Assembly (NCBI GenBank): GCA_002104905.1 | Contig: MCFE01000674.1 | Coordinates: forward strand, 1-47,309 | DNA: 47,309 nucleotides | Source of the DNA: Basidiobolus meristosporus CBS 931.73 | Lineage: Eukaryota > Fungi > Basidiobolomycota | Reading direction: 5' to 3' | In this document: one piece after another, positions 31,295 through 44,161 of the stretch | How the letters are laid out: the number at the start of each line of letters is the position of its first letter | How positions within the stretch are numbered: the stretch's first letter is position 1 | Notes under the pieces: generated by a model | Database searches by the model: none | Told to the model about the DNA's origin: nothing | The model's input: the letters and a program-made list of their open reading frames with translations, nothing else | Made by a program: the position numbers and the translations under genes

Positions 31295-34183
31295 TGTTGT
31301 AAGATTCTTGGAGATGTTGGAAGTGACTAGGAGGACAAGTAGATTATGTGATTTTCACTTAATGATTTATTGAGTATAAAAGTAGTATTTATACGTTGAC
31401 ATGATTTTGGCATAACAGACACACAGAACAAGTTAAGGAAGGTCCCAAGTACATGTGTGCAAAGTTTGGGGCTGTTTGGACCACTTTAAGAGTTTTCATG
31501 TTCTGGGTACATGGTATTTTGGTGAAATTATTCCAAGTAAATCCCAACAAGGAATTTGGTCAGTACTCTCTAGGATTTGAAGGTAATGATCTAAGTGGCT
31601 AAGTTAGGTGAGTATTTAGGTGGAATTCCAAATTTTTACAACACATCCACTCAGCCAAATGCTCATACTGACTGGTCCTAATTATGACTTAAGGTGTTCA
31701 AACTTGCCTCTAGCTAATGGTTTGGTAAATATGTCTGCAATCATATCATCTAAAGAACAATAAACTAAGCTAACTAAGTTATTTTCTATAGCTTCACATA
31801 TGATATGATGTCTAATATCCATGTGCTTAGTTCAAGCATGCAAAGTTGGATTTCTACCTAATTCTATACATCCTTAATTATCTTGAAATAAAGTAACAGG
31901 CATTTTTTGGCATAGGCCTAAATCTGTAAGAAGCTTTCATAACCACATTGCGTTGTAGTTGGCCACAGTGACACACACTGACAGATGTGCTCATTCCCAT
32001 ATTTTCCACTTCCCTATTTCTCTACTACACTTATTTAAGTTTTATCCCATTTGTCTTCCTTGATCACTACTATCCCATAAGCTGGCTGACTATCACACCT
32101 GCTTACCTTATTGCATAGGTTATCCCTCACTTTATATAAGATTACTAGCTGTAAGTGCTTCTATATTAGGCATGTACCCGCACCAGTACCCATGACACAT
32201 GGTCAAACCATGCCACCATCTCTATCATTTCTATACCATATATGGTATCCCTATGTTACACAGGTTTCAGAGTATTGATTCCTGATTGGTTGGATGTGCT
32301 GTGCCTCTTAGAACCTTCTGGCACCTACTTAGAATACTCTTAGCTCATTCTGATGTCATTAAGATTTCTATTGATCTCCAGAACCTTCTGGAACACCATG
32401 ATCAGTAATCACTTAGCCATTGAGAAAAGCATATAAGGGAGGCAATCCCGCAACAATAAATCATCATCCCTTTTATCAATATACCAACTTGTTGATTAGT
32501 GTGATCACTGCTACCTGCTGCTACCTGAACTTCCAGTCCCAGACCACAGGAGACTCCCAGGAAACTGTGCTGACAGCCAACTGACCTAGGAGGCACTACT
32601 TGTGAGAAATACTCAGAGTAGGTATCTTTTATTATATTTGATTCTTTCCCAAGTTTGTTCTTGTACAGGCAAAGATACTTCTCTGTCTTTGTAACTATTG
32701 ACCACAGCTGCATTCTTATCAAGTCCCTGCTGGTGGAGTTTACAGTTGATTTGACTTTGGAAGCTTCAGTACATTGTTGTCCTAGAGGACGCTGAACCCA
32801 GCACATACTTTTGTTAAGACACCAACTAAGCTGGAGATTGTAGCTCAATAGTTCTCCCTTGACAAGCTTGTGGCTTTATTCCCCATCACTTTAGTGTAAA
32901 GACAAAACCCAAGTATTCCTAGCAAGCTTTTGCCTGAGGTTATCACACCCAGTGAACATCCCACACACAAAACACTTGAGAAGTGTTGGATGTATCTCTC
33001 CCTTGGACTTAAAGTCCACCACAGCATCTTTTGTACCTTCACAGGCTGCCATATACTCTGCCTCTATGGAAAGTGCCATGGTTGGTTGCTTTCTTGAATT
33101 CCATGAAATTGCTCCTTTACAGTCAAGAAAGGTGTATCCTGTGGTGGATCTTCTGTCTTCTAGATTTTGTCCCCAATCAGCATCAGAGTATCCCACAAAA
33201 TCCTGCTCAGAATCATTACAAGTTAATCCTAAGCAGATATCTGCAGTTCCTGTTAGGTATCTAAAAATCTACTTGACTGCTGCAATATGATCAGATCCAT
33301 AGCTCTGATTATGCTAGCTGACAACTCACACTGAATATGAGATATCTGGACGTGTTCTGAGCATGATACACATCAGACTGCCAACCATAGATTCATAAGG
33401 AAAGTCAGGGCTTTCAGATGGCCCAAACTCTTTTGAGTTGGTTGAGTTTTGATCAAGCTAAGGTTTGTCTTGGTATGGGGTAGCTGCTGATTTACAGTCT
33501 TCCATTTGGTACTTCTTTACTGTATCTTGAGTATACTTGGATTGGCTTAGGGTGATAGTCTGGGTACTTCTGTCTATGGAGAACTTTATCCCCAAGTAGT
33601 AACTGAGCATTTGTAGATTGGACATTTTGAGCTTCTTAGGTAAGCTTATCTTGGCCTCTTCCAATGTTTCTTGGTTATCAATGGCTATTATGAGATCATC
33701 CATGTATAGAGCTAATAGTGCTGGTTTTGCCCTATCCAACTTATGGTAGCTGCTTTACCTAAAAGTGCTTCTTTGGAAACTCAAAGATTCCAAAGAAGAA
33801 TCTGTCTTGCAATTCCAGGCTATTAGTGATTATTTGAGACCATGTGGAGATTTTTCAAGCTTTCAGACCAAATGGGGCTATCTAGGCCATCAAGCCAACC
33901 AGGTTGGTCAATCAACATATCCTTATCAAGTTCCACAATGAGAAATGCAGCATTGACATTTATTGGATGAGTGATGAACTAATAGTTGGATACAATAGCT
34001 AACATTAGTCTGATGGGATTAGATTTGGCTACCAGTGCAGAGGCTTCAGTGTAGGCCAGTCCCTATGTTTGAGAGTGTTATTTGGCAACAAGTTTTGCTT
34101 TGCACTTTTCAACTGTACAGTTAGCCTTATATTTTGTCCTGAGCACTTTTATGCATCCAATTGATTTTTGGATGATTGGTAAT
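31295..34183 (-). mobile_element. Degenerate second copy of the copia family (3' LTR 31295-31643 plus RT/RNase H), 5' half missing
   Basis: Colinear with 1339-3035. Fragments GYSDADWGQNLEDRRSTTGYTF and LALYMDDLII, with many stops and frameshifts. Confidence 0.93.
31952..33023 (+). mobile_element. About 1.07-kb non-coding insertion in the copia RNase H region, related to the Ty3/gypsy leader
   Basis: Copia homology breaks at 31951 and resumes at about 33024. Segment 32610-32930 aligns to 44222-44535. Confidence 0.75.
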
Positions 34184-34189
34184 CTGCCA

Positions 34190-34490
34190 TAATGCCATTG
34201 CCACTCAGACCCTTCCATATGTCATTCAAACACCCTTACTTTCTTATGATTATCTCATGCTCCATCAGCTGCAACCCTCTCAAACTTATCATACCACTCA
34301 TGGGTTTTCTCTCTCTTCTCTTTGTACACCTTTAGTTTGATTGTGGTAGTCATTACCTTACTGGTGTTATTTCTGCAGTGACAGCACCAATACTGTAAGT
34401 TACTGCTGACTGCACTTAGTAGTTGGAAGAGCTTGTAGGTGAAACCAGAACCAGTTGATTCAGAATAGCTTCCAATAGAAATTAGCAAGG
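34190..34490 (-). pseudogene. Ty3/gypsy gag N-terminal relic
   Basis: Reading THEWYDKFERVAADGA*DNHKKVRVF resembles the gypsy gag pattern WLxKFERVA..NGW. Confidence 0.45.
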
Positions 34491-36849
34491 TAATAGAGAC
34501 TTATGACTCATACATAAATGTAAGTTTCCCCTACAACTTCCCTATGAAAAGTCTCAAGCTTGGAACTTATCTGATATTTAGCTGATATTCTGCCAGTATT
34601 TTGATAATATTTTGCTGATATGCAGATGGTGTTTTTGTTCAGGTTTCCAATTTTTGGACAAAGCACTGGTGAGCTAATTCTCAAATTTGGTAAAAAGGCT
34701 ATTTGGTCTAGTCTCCTCTTGAAAAATATGTATGCCTGCCTGCTCAACTACCAGTACCTGAGATACTGCAAACTCTCAGCTTTGGTAGTCAAGATGGCTT
34801 CTTCATTTGTGAGAGGTCCCTAATAATTGACTGTTGCTGTTAGGCCAGTAATTACTGCATAGCAATCTTGCATTTGTCATTTCATACTTCTTAGGGAGGC
34901 TATTTGTTTCTTTAGTACAGAGGTTTCTAGTTGATGCTGCTTTCAGTACTACAAGTCTTAATATAAAAGAGTTAAACAGGAATAGCAAGTTGAGCCATTA
35001 ATGTGTGCACTGTTACATTAACTAAGTTCTATTGACGTTCCATCAGCACCTCAAATACATTTAGCCAGCTGAAGTGCTGACCAACTGTACTTCCTAATGC
35101 AGGCAGTGGCTTGTGACTTGTTTGACACCTCATCATCACCTAATAAGTTCTGGCTGAGTATAATTATTTCCTTGTAATAAAGATTTGCATATTGATACTA
35201 CAAATTTGATAGTTAACTCTTGCATTCTTACAGGCTACGCATAAATACTAACTGATTAAAGTTAAACTGGTCTGACCTAAGCATCTAGGAGATAGAGCAA
35301 AGTACATCTGTAGAGGTGCATTGTTCTATATGCATTGCACAAATTTTAGCAAAAATTGACACAGCAGTATTATGTTGTAGCATTCTAAACTGCTTGCCAT
35401 TCAGAAAAGGTTGCTTTGAATAACACCATAGTAGAAGAGAAAACTAAACTTGTTCTGTTGGATAGTGCCACATAGTACTAGCCTGTTTATAGTGTACTGT
35501 GCAAATTCCATGAGGAATTATTTGCACATGGCTTCCTCGTCAAATCCCCTCACTCTCAGGTCATTCTTGATTCCTGTACTTGGCTTGTTGTAAATCTTTT
35601 ACTTACATCTGCTGACATCTGTTGTGTTGTATTATGATTAGTTTGGGCTTGTTTTACAATGTTGAGGCTATATATAACAATATACTAAAACTTCCAGTAT
35701 GCTAATACTAAAATAGTAGATTGGGAGTTTGATACACTGATAGAAGATAGAGCTTTCACTTTTATCCTTAATCTTAGGCTCAAAAAATACTATAGGCAGT
35801 GTTTCTCACTTGTAGAGCAGTGTTCTAACCTTCTGTTAACTATTGGGATGATTTACTTTTATAGTAACCGTTCCTTATTCAGAAGTCACCTTCCTTTGTG
35901 AGAAAATATATCCTAATATGGAAATTCCAAACTCCCCTTTAACCTAAAGAGATGTGGTGCAAAAGTCTCTAACAGGGGCTTTAGAACTGAAGGGATGTCT
36001 TTAGAATAAAGGGGCTTGTTACTATAGTCTCTAAAGTGGACTTTACACTGAAGGGGTGCCTGAAGGGGCTTTCTTAGAGTAAAGGGGTTTCTTAAGGGGG
36101 TCACTAAAAGGGTTTCTTAGAGGGGACTTTTTGAATAGAAAAGTGGTAGTTTTCTTGCTGGACTTGGATTGGACTTGTATGAGCTCTGCAGTCTCTTTAC
36201 TGATGTAGTACTAACCAAAGTCAGAATACTGAATGATGCAAGTGATGCAGGGGAAGTTAATTGTAGTGTGGAGATTCTGGAAAGAGAGGCTCACTTTTAT
36301 TTTCAGCTGGGGAAGTCATATACATGAAAATTCTCAAGGATCATAGTTTTTGGGTGATTGCACAAGCAATGCACATGATGCAAAGCTAAAATTTTGCAGT
36401 GGTACAGATCAGAAATAGGCACAGTACCTATAAGGACTTCATGTGATTTGATTGGCAGACTTGAAAGTTATACAAGATTGTAGTCTCCATAGTAATCTTA
36501 GCAATAGAGGCCTTGTATAAATGGTTATAGGGCACTTTTGATCATAACTTCTTAATTACTGCTTCAGATGAGCTGTAATTTGAAGCATGTGTTAGCTACT
36601 GAGTCTTCTGCATAACATAAGATTCTTTGGTGGATTCCTTATTAGGGTTTTGAGCTTTGTACTTCAAAGTTAGAATATATTAATTTTCATTTGCGTTACA
36701 ATCAAAAAAGCAAAATAAGAAATGAGAGCAATGTTGGTTTTGAGATATTGTAGTAATAAAATACTCCCCACTACCTCACATCTTGATGTAGACCTCATGC
36801 CACTACTTTCTACTCATATTCTTCCATATCTGTTAACTCTCTAGTGTAT

Positions 36850-37903
36850 GCAGGTCTGCCAGATTAATGTGTGGGGCCCAAATATCTGTATGAAGGCTCA
36901 TCATAGATACTTATACTCTACTGAAGTCATTTGGCAAGAACTCAAAGGATCCAACATTGTTTCTTCCAGTTCCAACAGTGTTTGTGAGCTGGGGGATGGG
37001 TATTATCTAAATTGTACTAAAGATGAGTTCAGACTTGGTATAGGGACTGTAGTAACAAATTTGGATACTAATACAGTAGTATATTGCCATCAACATTTTC
37101 TTATATGAAACATATATGAAAAATAATGTGATTATTGAGTTTTGCCTATAATATGCATGATGCATGTTGGATTACATATGATGTGGATCAGATCACATCA
37201 GTTGCAGATTTCCTATTTGATCTCAATCTAGTGAGTGAACATTGACAAAATCACCAAGTCATTTTTTGCGGATAATTTTTGCATCACAATGATGGGATAC
37301 ATGTCAGTTGATGGGGAATGAATTGTAATGCAAAGAAAATCAGCCAAGTTAAGCTGATTGTGCCAAATCAATTCAAATCACCTTTACACATTACCTACTA
37401 ATCTGAATGGTCTATTCTAATCAATTCCATGACTACCATTAGATCTTCTTTTGACATATTAGCAGAGATCTTTACCATGTATTGCAAACTATCAAACCCC
37501 AATCTACTCAAGGAGATCCCTTGTCAAGCTTCTCTGCTATTACAAGCACCATTGCTCAACATGGTTTCATCTGGGCATCCTTAACAACAAATGTCCTAGA
37601 AACTCTCATTCTCAGCCAACAGCACTGGAAAACAACCTTGCAGAAGATATGGATTACATAAAGCAAGCTGGGAACAATAGGTTCAGAAGCTCCAATAGAC
37701 TTCCATGTCCCAGAATGCTCAGCATTAGATTCCATATCAGGAGTATTTTGGATACCTTCCCAGTTGGGATTCACACACCTTCTAGAGGGCAGAGGCACTT
37801 TTATTCCAGCAAATACAAGACACAGTGTCTGAAGTTTCCAGCACTGTCTGACATGTAGAGTAACATCATATGGCCCAGTGTGCCATTTGCTAGAAGTAGG
37901 CAT
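36850..37903 (-). pseudogene. Possible CACTA/EnSpm-like transposase relic (C-terminal part)
   Basis: Weak motif fragments only (e.g. IQIFGPHTLIW); heavily stopped and CpG-depleted. Confidence 0.3.
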
Positions 37904-38593
37904 GACAAAGCACTTTGTGAAGAGAGTTATCCAGTGTTCAGTAAAGTGGAGTAATGCATGGCAGACTCAACTTATACTGGAGAGGTTTGTCAGCAATTAG
38001 GATATATTACCACTTAAAGGAACCCAAGGGAATGGTGTGCTGAGCAGGAAGCACAATATCTACATTGAGATATTTAATTGTTTCAGAGCAAGAGGAGGGC
38101 ACACATTTAGACATCCAAAGAGATTTGGCATATTGGCAGGTAAATACAGAGGAAAGTCATAAATTGGAGAAAACAGCAGAATAGGTAAAATGGTCAAGAT
38201 ACTTATAAATGTCCAATATATTCATACAGGAAGACATCCATTGAGCAGAATGTGTCTGTAGCATTATGAAGAAAAAATAAAATATAAAAAGCACTATTCT
38301 GAGTAACATTAGTAAGATTATATAAAATACTAGTAAGGGTGTCCAGCCACTGGCATCATGGAAGAAATTATACTGCCAGATAGTGCCATAGAATGCCAGA
38401 TCAATCCAGCACTGTAAGCAGGCTGGCACTATGTGGCACTATCCAAAGAAATAAGTGTAATCTATGCAGCCAAGTGAGCCCAGTACCTCATTTACTGGTG
38501 GATGGTAAGAAGTGATGGCCAGAAAGTCATGTGTTAGTGTTGAAATACAAATGAGATATATTGGAAGTGAATTGGGGAATTAAAAGAGTCACA

Positions 38594-39130
38594 TGGTTGT
38601 AAAAATTTGTAAATACATCTAAATATTAACCTAGCTTAGTCACTTAGATCTTTACCTTCAAATCCTAGGGAATACTGACCAAATTCCTTGTTGGGAGTTA
38701 CTTCAAGTAATCTCACCCAAATACCAGGTACTAAGAACATGAAAATTCTCAAAGTTGTCCAAACAGCCCCAAATTTTGCACACATGCTCTTGGACCTTCC
38801 TTGATCTGTTCTACATGTTTGTAATGCCAAGACTATGTAAAAGTATAAATACCACGTTTACATTGAGTAAATCATTGAGTGAAAACCACATAATCTACTT
38901 GTCCTCCCAAATCACTTCCAATATCTCCAAGACTCATACAACAGGTTAAGAGCCCCAAGCTGTCACTCTCTGCAATGTCTACTATTGTAATTATGGGAAT
39001 TTTTCCCTTGGCTAAAAAGCTCAATGGATTTAAACATAAAGTGTGGAAGGTGAAGATGAAGAAGCGGCTACAAGAAAGAGGCCTTCTCAGTGCTCAAGAG
39101 CAAAAATAGCAAAGAATGCCTGGAAGGCAT
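38594..39130 (+). mobile_element. Inverted copia-family 5' LTR (38594-38943), PBS and internally deleted gag start
   Basis: Reverse complement of 5834-5200. PBS GGTTAAGAGCCC at 38944-38955. Gag fragment VWKVKMKKRLQERGL, then a deletion to ...AKNAWKA. Confidence 0.92.
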
Positions 39131-39938
39131 TTGTTAGACTGCATGAGCTTCTTTAGACAGGGTATTACTGGAATATATCTGGAGTGTGAACAATACTTTC
39201 CTTAAATGGTGGTAAATTTTTGACAATTTGGACATGGTCCAATGGTGGTATTTTTGGATGTTAATGCCATGCAACTGCTAACATATGCTGGAAACAGGTC
39301 AGTCTCTGGGTCATATATTACTGGTTGCATGGCAGTTGTCCACTTGTACTATGTACATGGTAACTGGCATCCCTGGATGATTTTGGCAAGAAGTAGTAGT
39401 AGAACCTCAAATTCTCCCATTACTGATATTAGTAGAAACACGCCACTTCTCTAGCCACAACATTATATCATTCACCAGTAGATGGATTACTGGGCTCACT
39501 TGGCTCCATAAAATATCCTTGGCATTGGTATAGCTTTGCAATATTTGTTGGACTGCATCAGCTTCCTCAGACAGGGTATGACCTGAATATATCCAGAGTG
39601 TGAGCAATGTTTTCCCTCCATGGTGGTGGATTCCTGACATTTTGGACATGTTGCAATGGTAGCATTTTTGTATGTGAATGCCATGCACCTGTTGATGCAT
39701 GCTGGAATCAGGACAGTCTCTGGATCATATGTTGCCAGCTGCATGACGGTTGTTCACTTGTACCATGTACATGTTAAGTTGCATCCTGATATGATTTTGG
39801 CAAGAAGGAGTAATAAGTCCTCAAAGCCCCCATAACTGTTATTAGTGGAAACATGCCACTTCTCTAGCCACAACATTATACCAATCACCAGTAGAAGGAT
39901 ACTGGGCTCACTTGGCTCCATAAGGTATCCTTGGCATT
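39130..39938 (-). pseudogene. Two diverged tandem copies (about 413-bp period) of a CACTA-like transposase N-terminal fragment
   Basis: 39130-39526 aligns to 39544-39938. Translation PACINRCMAFTYKNATIATCPKC...YIQVIPCLRKL fits the Cys-rich C..N.CMAF...CPxC transposase motif. Confidence 0.6.
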
Positions 39939-40783
39939 TGTTTCAATGGGTGTTGTCTCATTGCATATTAGGATTTGACCAGGCTCATGCATGGTCCTAT
40001 TAGTAGGGGAGATAGGCTCACAATGCATCAGCAAGTCTTCTTTGTCAGATCTATCACTCTACATGCCATGATCAGAAGGCTGAGGTGAGCCTAAAGGCAT
40101 CACAAGCTCACCTGACTTAGTGTTTGCAAGGTTACAAAGATGACCAGGTGCCAATATAGAAGTATCAACTAGCTGGCAAGATAATGTTGGTACAGTGACA
40201 ACTGATTAATGGTTAAATATGACTTGTGTGGCAAAACACTGGCCTTGATCTTTGTAATACTTCCTATATTGTCTTTGTACTTCATGGCTGAGAGACTTAC
40301 TTCAGCAGACACATGGTCTTTTTTCTCTTCTCTTATGGTGTTGAATCAAAGTAGTCTTGTCCATGGGGCAAACAGTCTGCCCTTCAACAACATAAAACTA
40401 TTATATCACTTTTTTGTCAACACTCTTGTGAATTTACAACAGTCTTGAATTTGAGACATTTCACCTACATGAACGTACAGTTCAATGATGACCTGCAATA
40501 GTAAGCATTATAAATAAAGCTGTGGCACCACATACACACATATACGTAACACTACTTCCCATTTGGTTTGACTCACTTCCATATATATGCCACTAAAAGA
40601 TAAAGCAAGTTTGTCTAGTTCCTAACCAAGCCCCACTGCTGATGGTAGAAGAAGAATGGCTGGACAACAGACTGCTTTGACATTCAGTGTAACAAGCAGG
40701 GCTACATCCAAAAAAGTCCATCTTGATAGTGTGCCCACCAAGGGTATAATGCAGAATTCTCAGGCTCCCAGTCAAATAGGCAA

Positions 40784-42442
40784 TTGACAATCTCTGCAGA
40801 GCCACAAGCAGACAGTAGTGCTCAGGCAGATGAGACTGTAGCAAATATAGTACCCTCAATTGTAGACCAGCAAGTGGCCATCATAACATCACCACCACCC
40901 ATATTAGCAAGTAAGTTGTCAGCAAATACCAAAGCATTAATAAAGCAATTAGGTGCAGTGGCTGATAGGATAGATGCAATGGCCCAGAGAAATCAGAGAA
41001 TAGTCCAGAGACTGGATCAGCAGATAAAAGGTGCAGAGAGATCAATATTCTGGGAAAAGAAAGCAGTGTTTTTGCTGCAAAGAAGGAACTCAAATATCTA
41101 AATGTAACAGCCAAGAATTGAGTCATATCCTGATGTAACAGCAGAGGAGCACTGTATAGTCTTTGAAGCACAACAACTGTGCCCAAAGAACCAGCCCATA
41201 GAAAAACCTATCACAGCATGGGAGGGTGACAATGTGGTGTATATACCAACGCCAAAAAATCAGAAGATATTGAAGTTCTGTGAAGCCACTAAGTGCAATA
41301 ATGAAGAATGGGCTAATATTCAAGAGGTAGTCAGAAGTCTAGCACACCATCATCTTAAGGCCAGCATACCATGGGACCATCAGGAACTCAAGGCCAAGCT
41401 GAATGTGCTTGACTTGTTCCATGAGCATCATCCTGGATTCAAATGGTAAACAGATTTTGGGCCAGCATTGGTATGCTAAGAAAGTATCTTACAAATTGCA
41501 AAAACTATCAAAGACTGAACAATAAGAGTGCCATGGCTAAAAACCAGGGGCTTCCTCAAGAGCTTGTTACAGGCAGGGCCAAAAGCTCTAAGCAAGCATC
41601 AAAGAGACACCAGGTAGCTGAAAGAGTGCCATCAAGGGACAAGCAGGCAAACACAGATGCACCTGCACAACATATATCAAGGAAGAAGCATAGTACCACT
41701 CAAGAAGCACTCAGTCAAAGTAGCAGTGAATGACCTGGCAGTGATAAAAACCAGCAGCTTTCTCAGGAGCTGGTAACAACTACAGCTGAGAGCTTGAAAC
41801 AAGCAGAAACCAAACATCAGGTTGCCAGGAGAGTACCAGTAAGGGGAAAGCAGGCCAAAATAGATACATCAGAGCAGAATTTATAAAGGAGAAAATGTAG
41901 TTCATTAAAAGAAGCACTCAGACAATGTAGCAGTAAGAGACTTGGCAGCAATAAGGGAAAAGGAAGGGGAAAAAGGTCTACCCAAGCCTGAGACAGGGAA
42001 ACTTGCAAAAGAATCACAGTTCTTGCCAATGAACGCCCCAAGCCCAGCACAGACTAAACCTCATCATAGCCCAGAAGAATTATCTACAAGAACACAACTG
42101 CTTTCACATGAGTTGGAAGTACATTCAGCTGAGCTACACTCCAGCAAGGTAGATGAGTTTGCAGAAAAAGGCAATTTGTCTACCACAGCTTCCATGTTCT
42201 ACATTGTTGAAAGAGTGGAGATCCCACCTATATACAAGGCTACAACATCACAAACTCAAAAGACTATCACAATGCCTTCATTGGAATTTTCAAACAATAA
42301 TAGGCACACCAAAAGGTTGCAGCACTTCTTCAACAACAGTGCTCAAGAAAATGCATTAGAATATTGTAAGGACTTACCGCAAAGACTGGCAGATGAGGTG
42401 TTAGGCCTTGTAGTGCTGGCTGAAGACCAGGATGTGTGGTAA
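40784..42442 (+). pseudogene. Degraded DNA-transposon accessory-type ORF
   Basis: Broken frames 40784-41101, 41234-41733 and 41942-42442. Segment VRSLAHHHLKASIPWDHQ...WASIGMLRKYLTNCKNY resembles helical accessory proteins of fungal DNA transposons. Diverged internal duplication of about 205 bp (41560 vs 41766). Confidence 0.4.
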
Positions 42443-43627
42443 CCAGTGAATGAACAGTGGCATAAAGCAGTTGGGCTCCTGCCAAAGTCATGGAACCAGA
42501 GCATTACTGCAAAACTACTTATGGAGTTGGAGTTAATTGTGGAGTGTGGGGTTGGGCTTAATGTTACTGCAGGGTATAGGGACTTGTGTAGGTCAAAACA
42601 ACTTGCAATTGAGGTACAACTGAAGTTTCAACAGAAATAAATCAATTTGTATGCATTAGAAGTACAAGAAATGGTAGAGTCAAGAAGTAAAGAGTGTGAA
42701 AAAGAGGCAATAGCCAACCAATGCACACACATATAGGAGGTGACTGAGGGTCCGGGATCAGAGAGTGAACAAATTGGCAGGGAACCAATCAAATGCCACT
42801 TATATATTGCTGTGATGAGAAATTTAGACTAAGTTTTTTGTGAAATCTGGGGTGCAATTATTTTGTAACATTCTCTGCACAGTGTCCTGAGATGATCTGC
42901 GCCTCTTAGTCACAGGACTTTAAATCTATGATGGCCTTTTGATGGGATCATCACAATAATATCTCATAGAGATAGCTTTATGACAGTCTCACTTGGGTAT
43001 CTCACTTGCTGCTTTAGATGCATGGGTATAACTCACAAGTCAATGTGTGCTTCATGTATCTTTTGGGTGACTGTCACCAATAATTTGAGGTATAGCCTGC
43101 AATATTGGATATTTCATCTGTATTTTATACATGTGTAAGTTGCTGATTGGGGAATAGGCAATATTTTGGTGATATTGATGCCATCAAGCTCTTGAAATGC
43201 TGACTAGCTTGTTTGCAATATGAAAATCCCCAACAGACATCCAGTTTCCCAAGTGTTATATTATATGGGTCTAAAGCAGGCTGATTCTGACATGTTAACT
43301 GAGTTTCCCCTCTGCAATGTATTCTAGCACCCTATGCAAAGGTCTTAAGTAGTCATAGCATTTTCAGCAGTGTTGACCTACTCAGATATAATGATTCTGC
43401 ATTGTGGTTTACAAGCATAGTCTTATTCAATGCTCAGAGCCAATGCTGACTATGTGTATTTAGCAGCAAGCTTGCTTGCCTTATGACACAAACAACAGTC
43501 CCAGAGTTGTTGCATCACATACTGGTAGAGTGCTCTCAGCTATTGCAGGCATATTGTGTTTCAGTCTGTATTGCTGTTGTAGCACATGGTTTCCCACTCA
43601 TATCTAGCTGCACTATTCCACTGATAG

Positions 43628-44148
43628 TGTCATGATCACATGACAACCATGAACACCCATGCCAAGTTTCAGCTTCCTAGCTCAATTTCTAAGAGATTCC
43701 TTCTGGAACCTTCTACCACCTTCCAGAAAGTTCTTGACCATTCCAAACCATTGTTACACAATGGAACATTTCATAGAAGCTTTCCATCGTATTTTTCATA
43801 GTCCAGTACCATATATAGAAATACCAGGTCACATGACTTAGTCACATGATCAGGTGACCCAATCCATTTCCCCATCCTGTCTCAGTGCCGTGTCGTCTAT
43901 GTCATTATCCCCAGCACCATTGCTGTGCCTCACCCCACAACCCCATTAGTAGTAGCTAATATCTCTCAGCATCAGTATAGCCAAAAAGTATATATAGTCC
44001 TATCCCCCCTTAAGTATTCCTCAGTCTGATAAACACAGGTCTTGAATAAACAGCCTTGCCTTGAATCCTGCCTTGCCTTGATGGTCCACACCTAAGTCCT
44101 TTCCTGCCGTGCCTAGCTTTTCCTCCTGCCTTGTGTCTATTCATAACA
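43628..44148 (+). repeat. 5' LTR of the gypsy element (521 bp)
   Basis: TGTCATGA...TCATAACA termini, TATATATA at 43989-43996, AATAAA near 44046. The second LTR lies outside the window. Confidence 0.8.
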
Positions 44149-44150
44149 GT

Positions 44151-44161
44151 TTTATCAGACT
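44151..44161 (+). promoter_or_regulatory. Self-priming PBS
   Basis: TTTATCAGACT is the exact reverse complement of AGTCTGATAAA (44023-44033), just downstream of the LTR TATA box. Confidence 0.8.
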
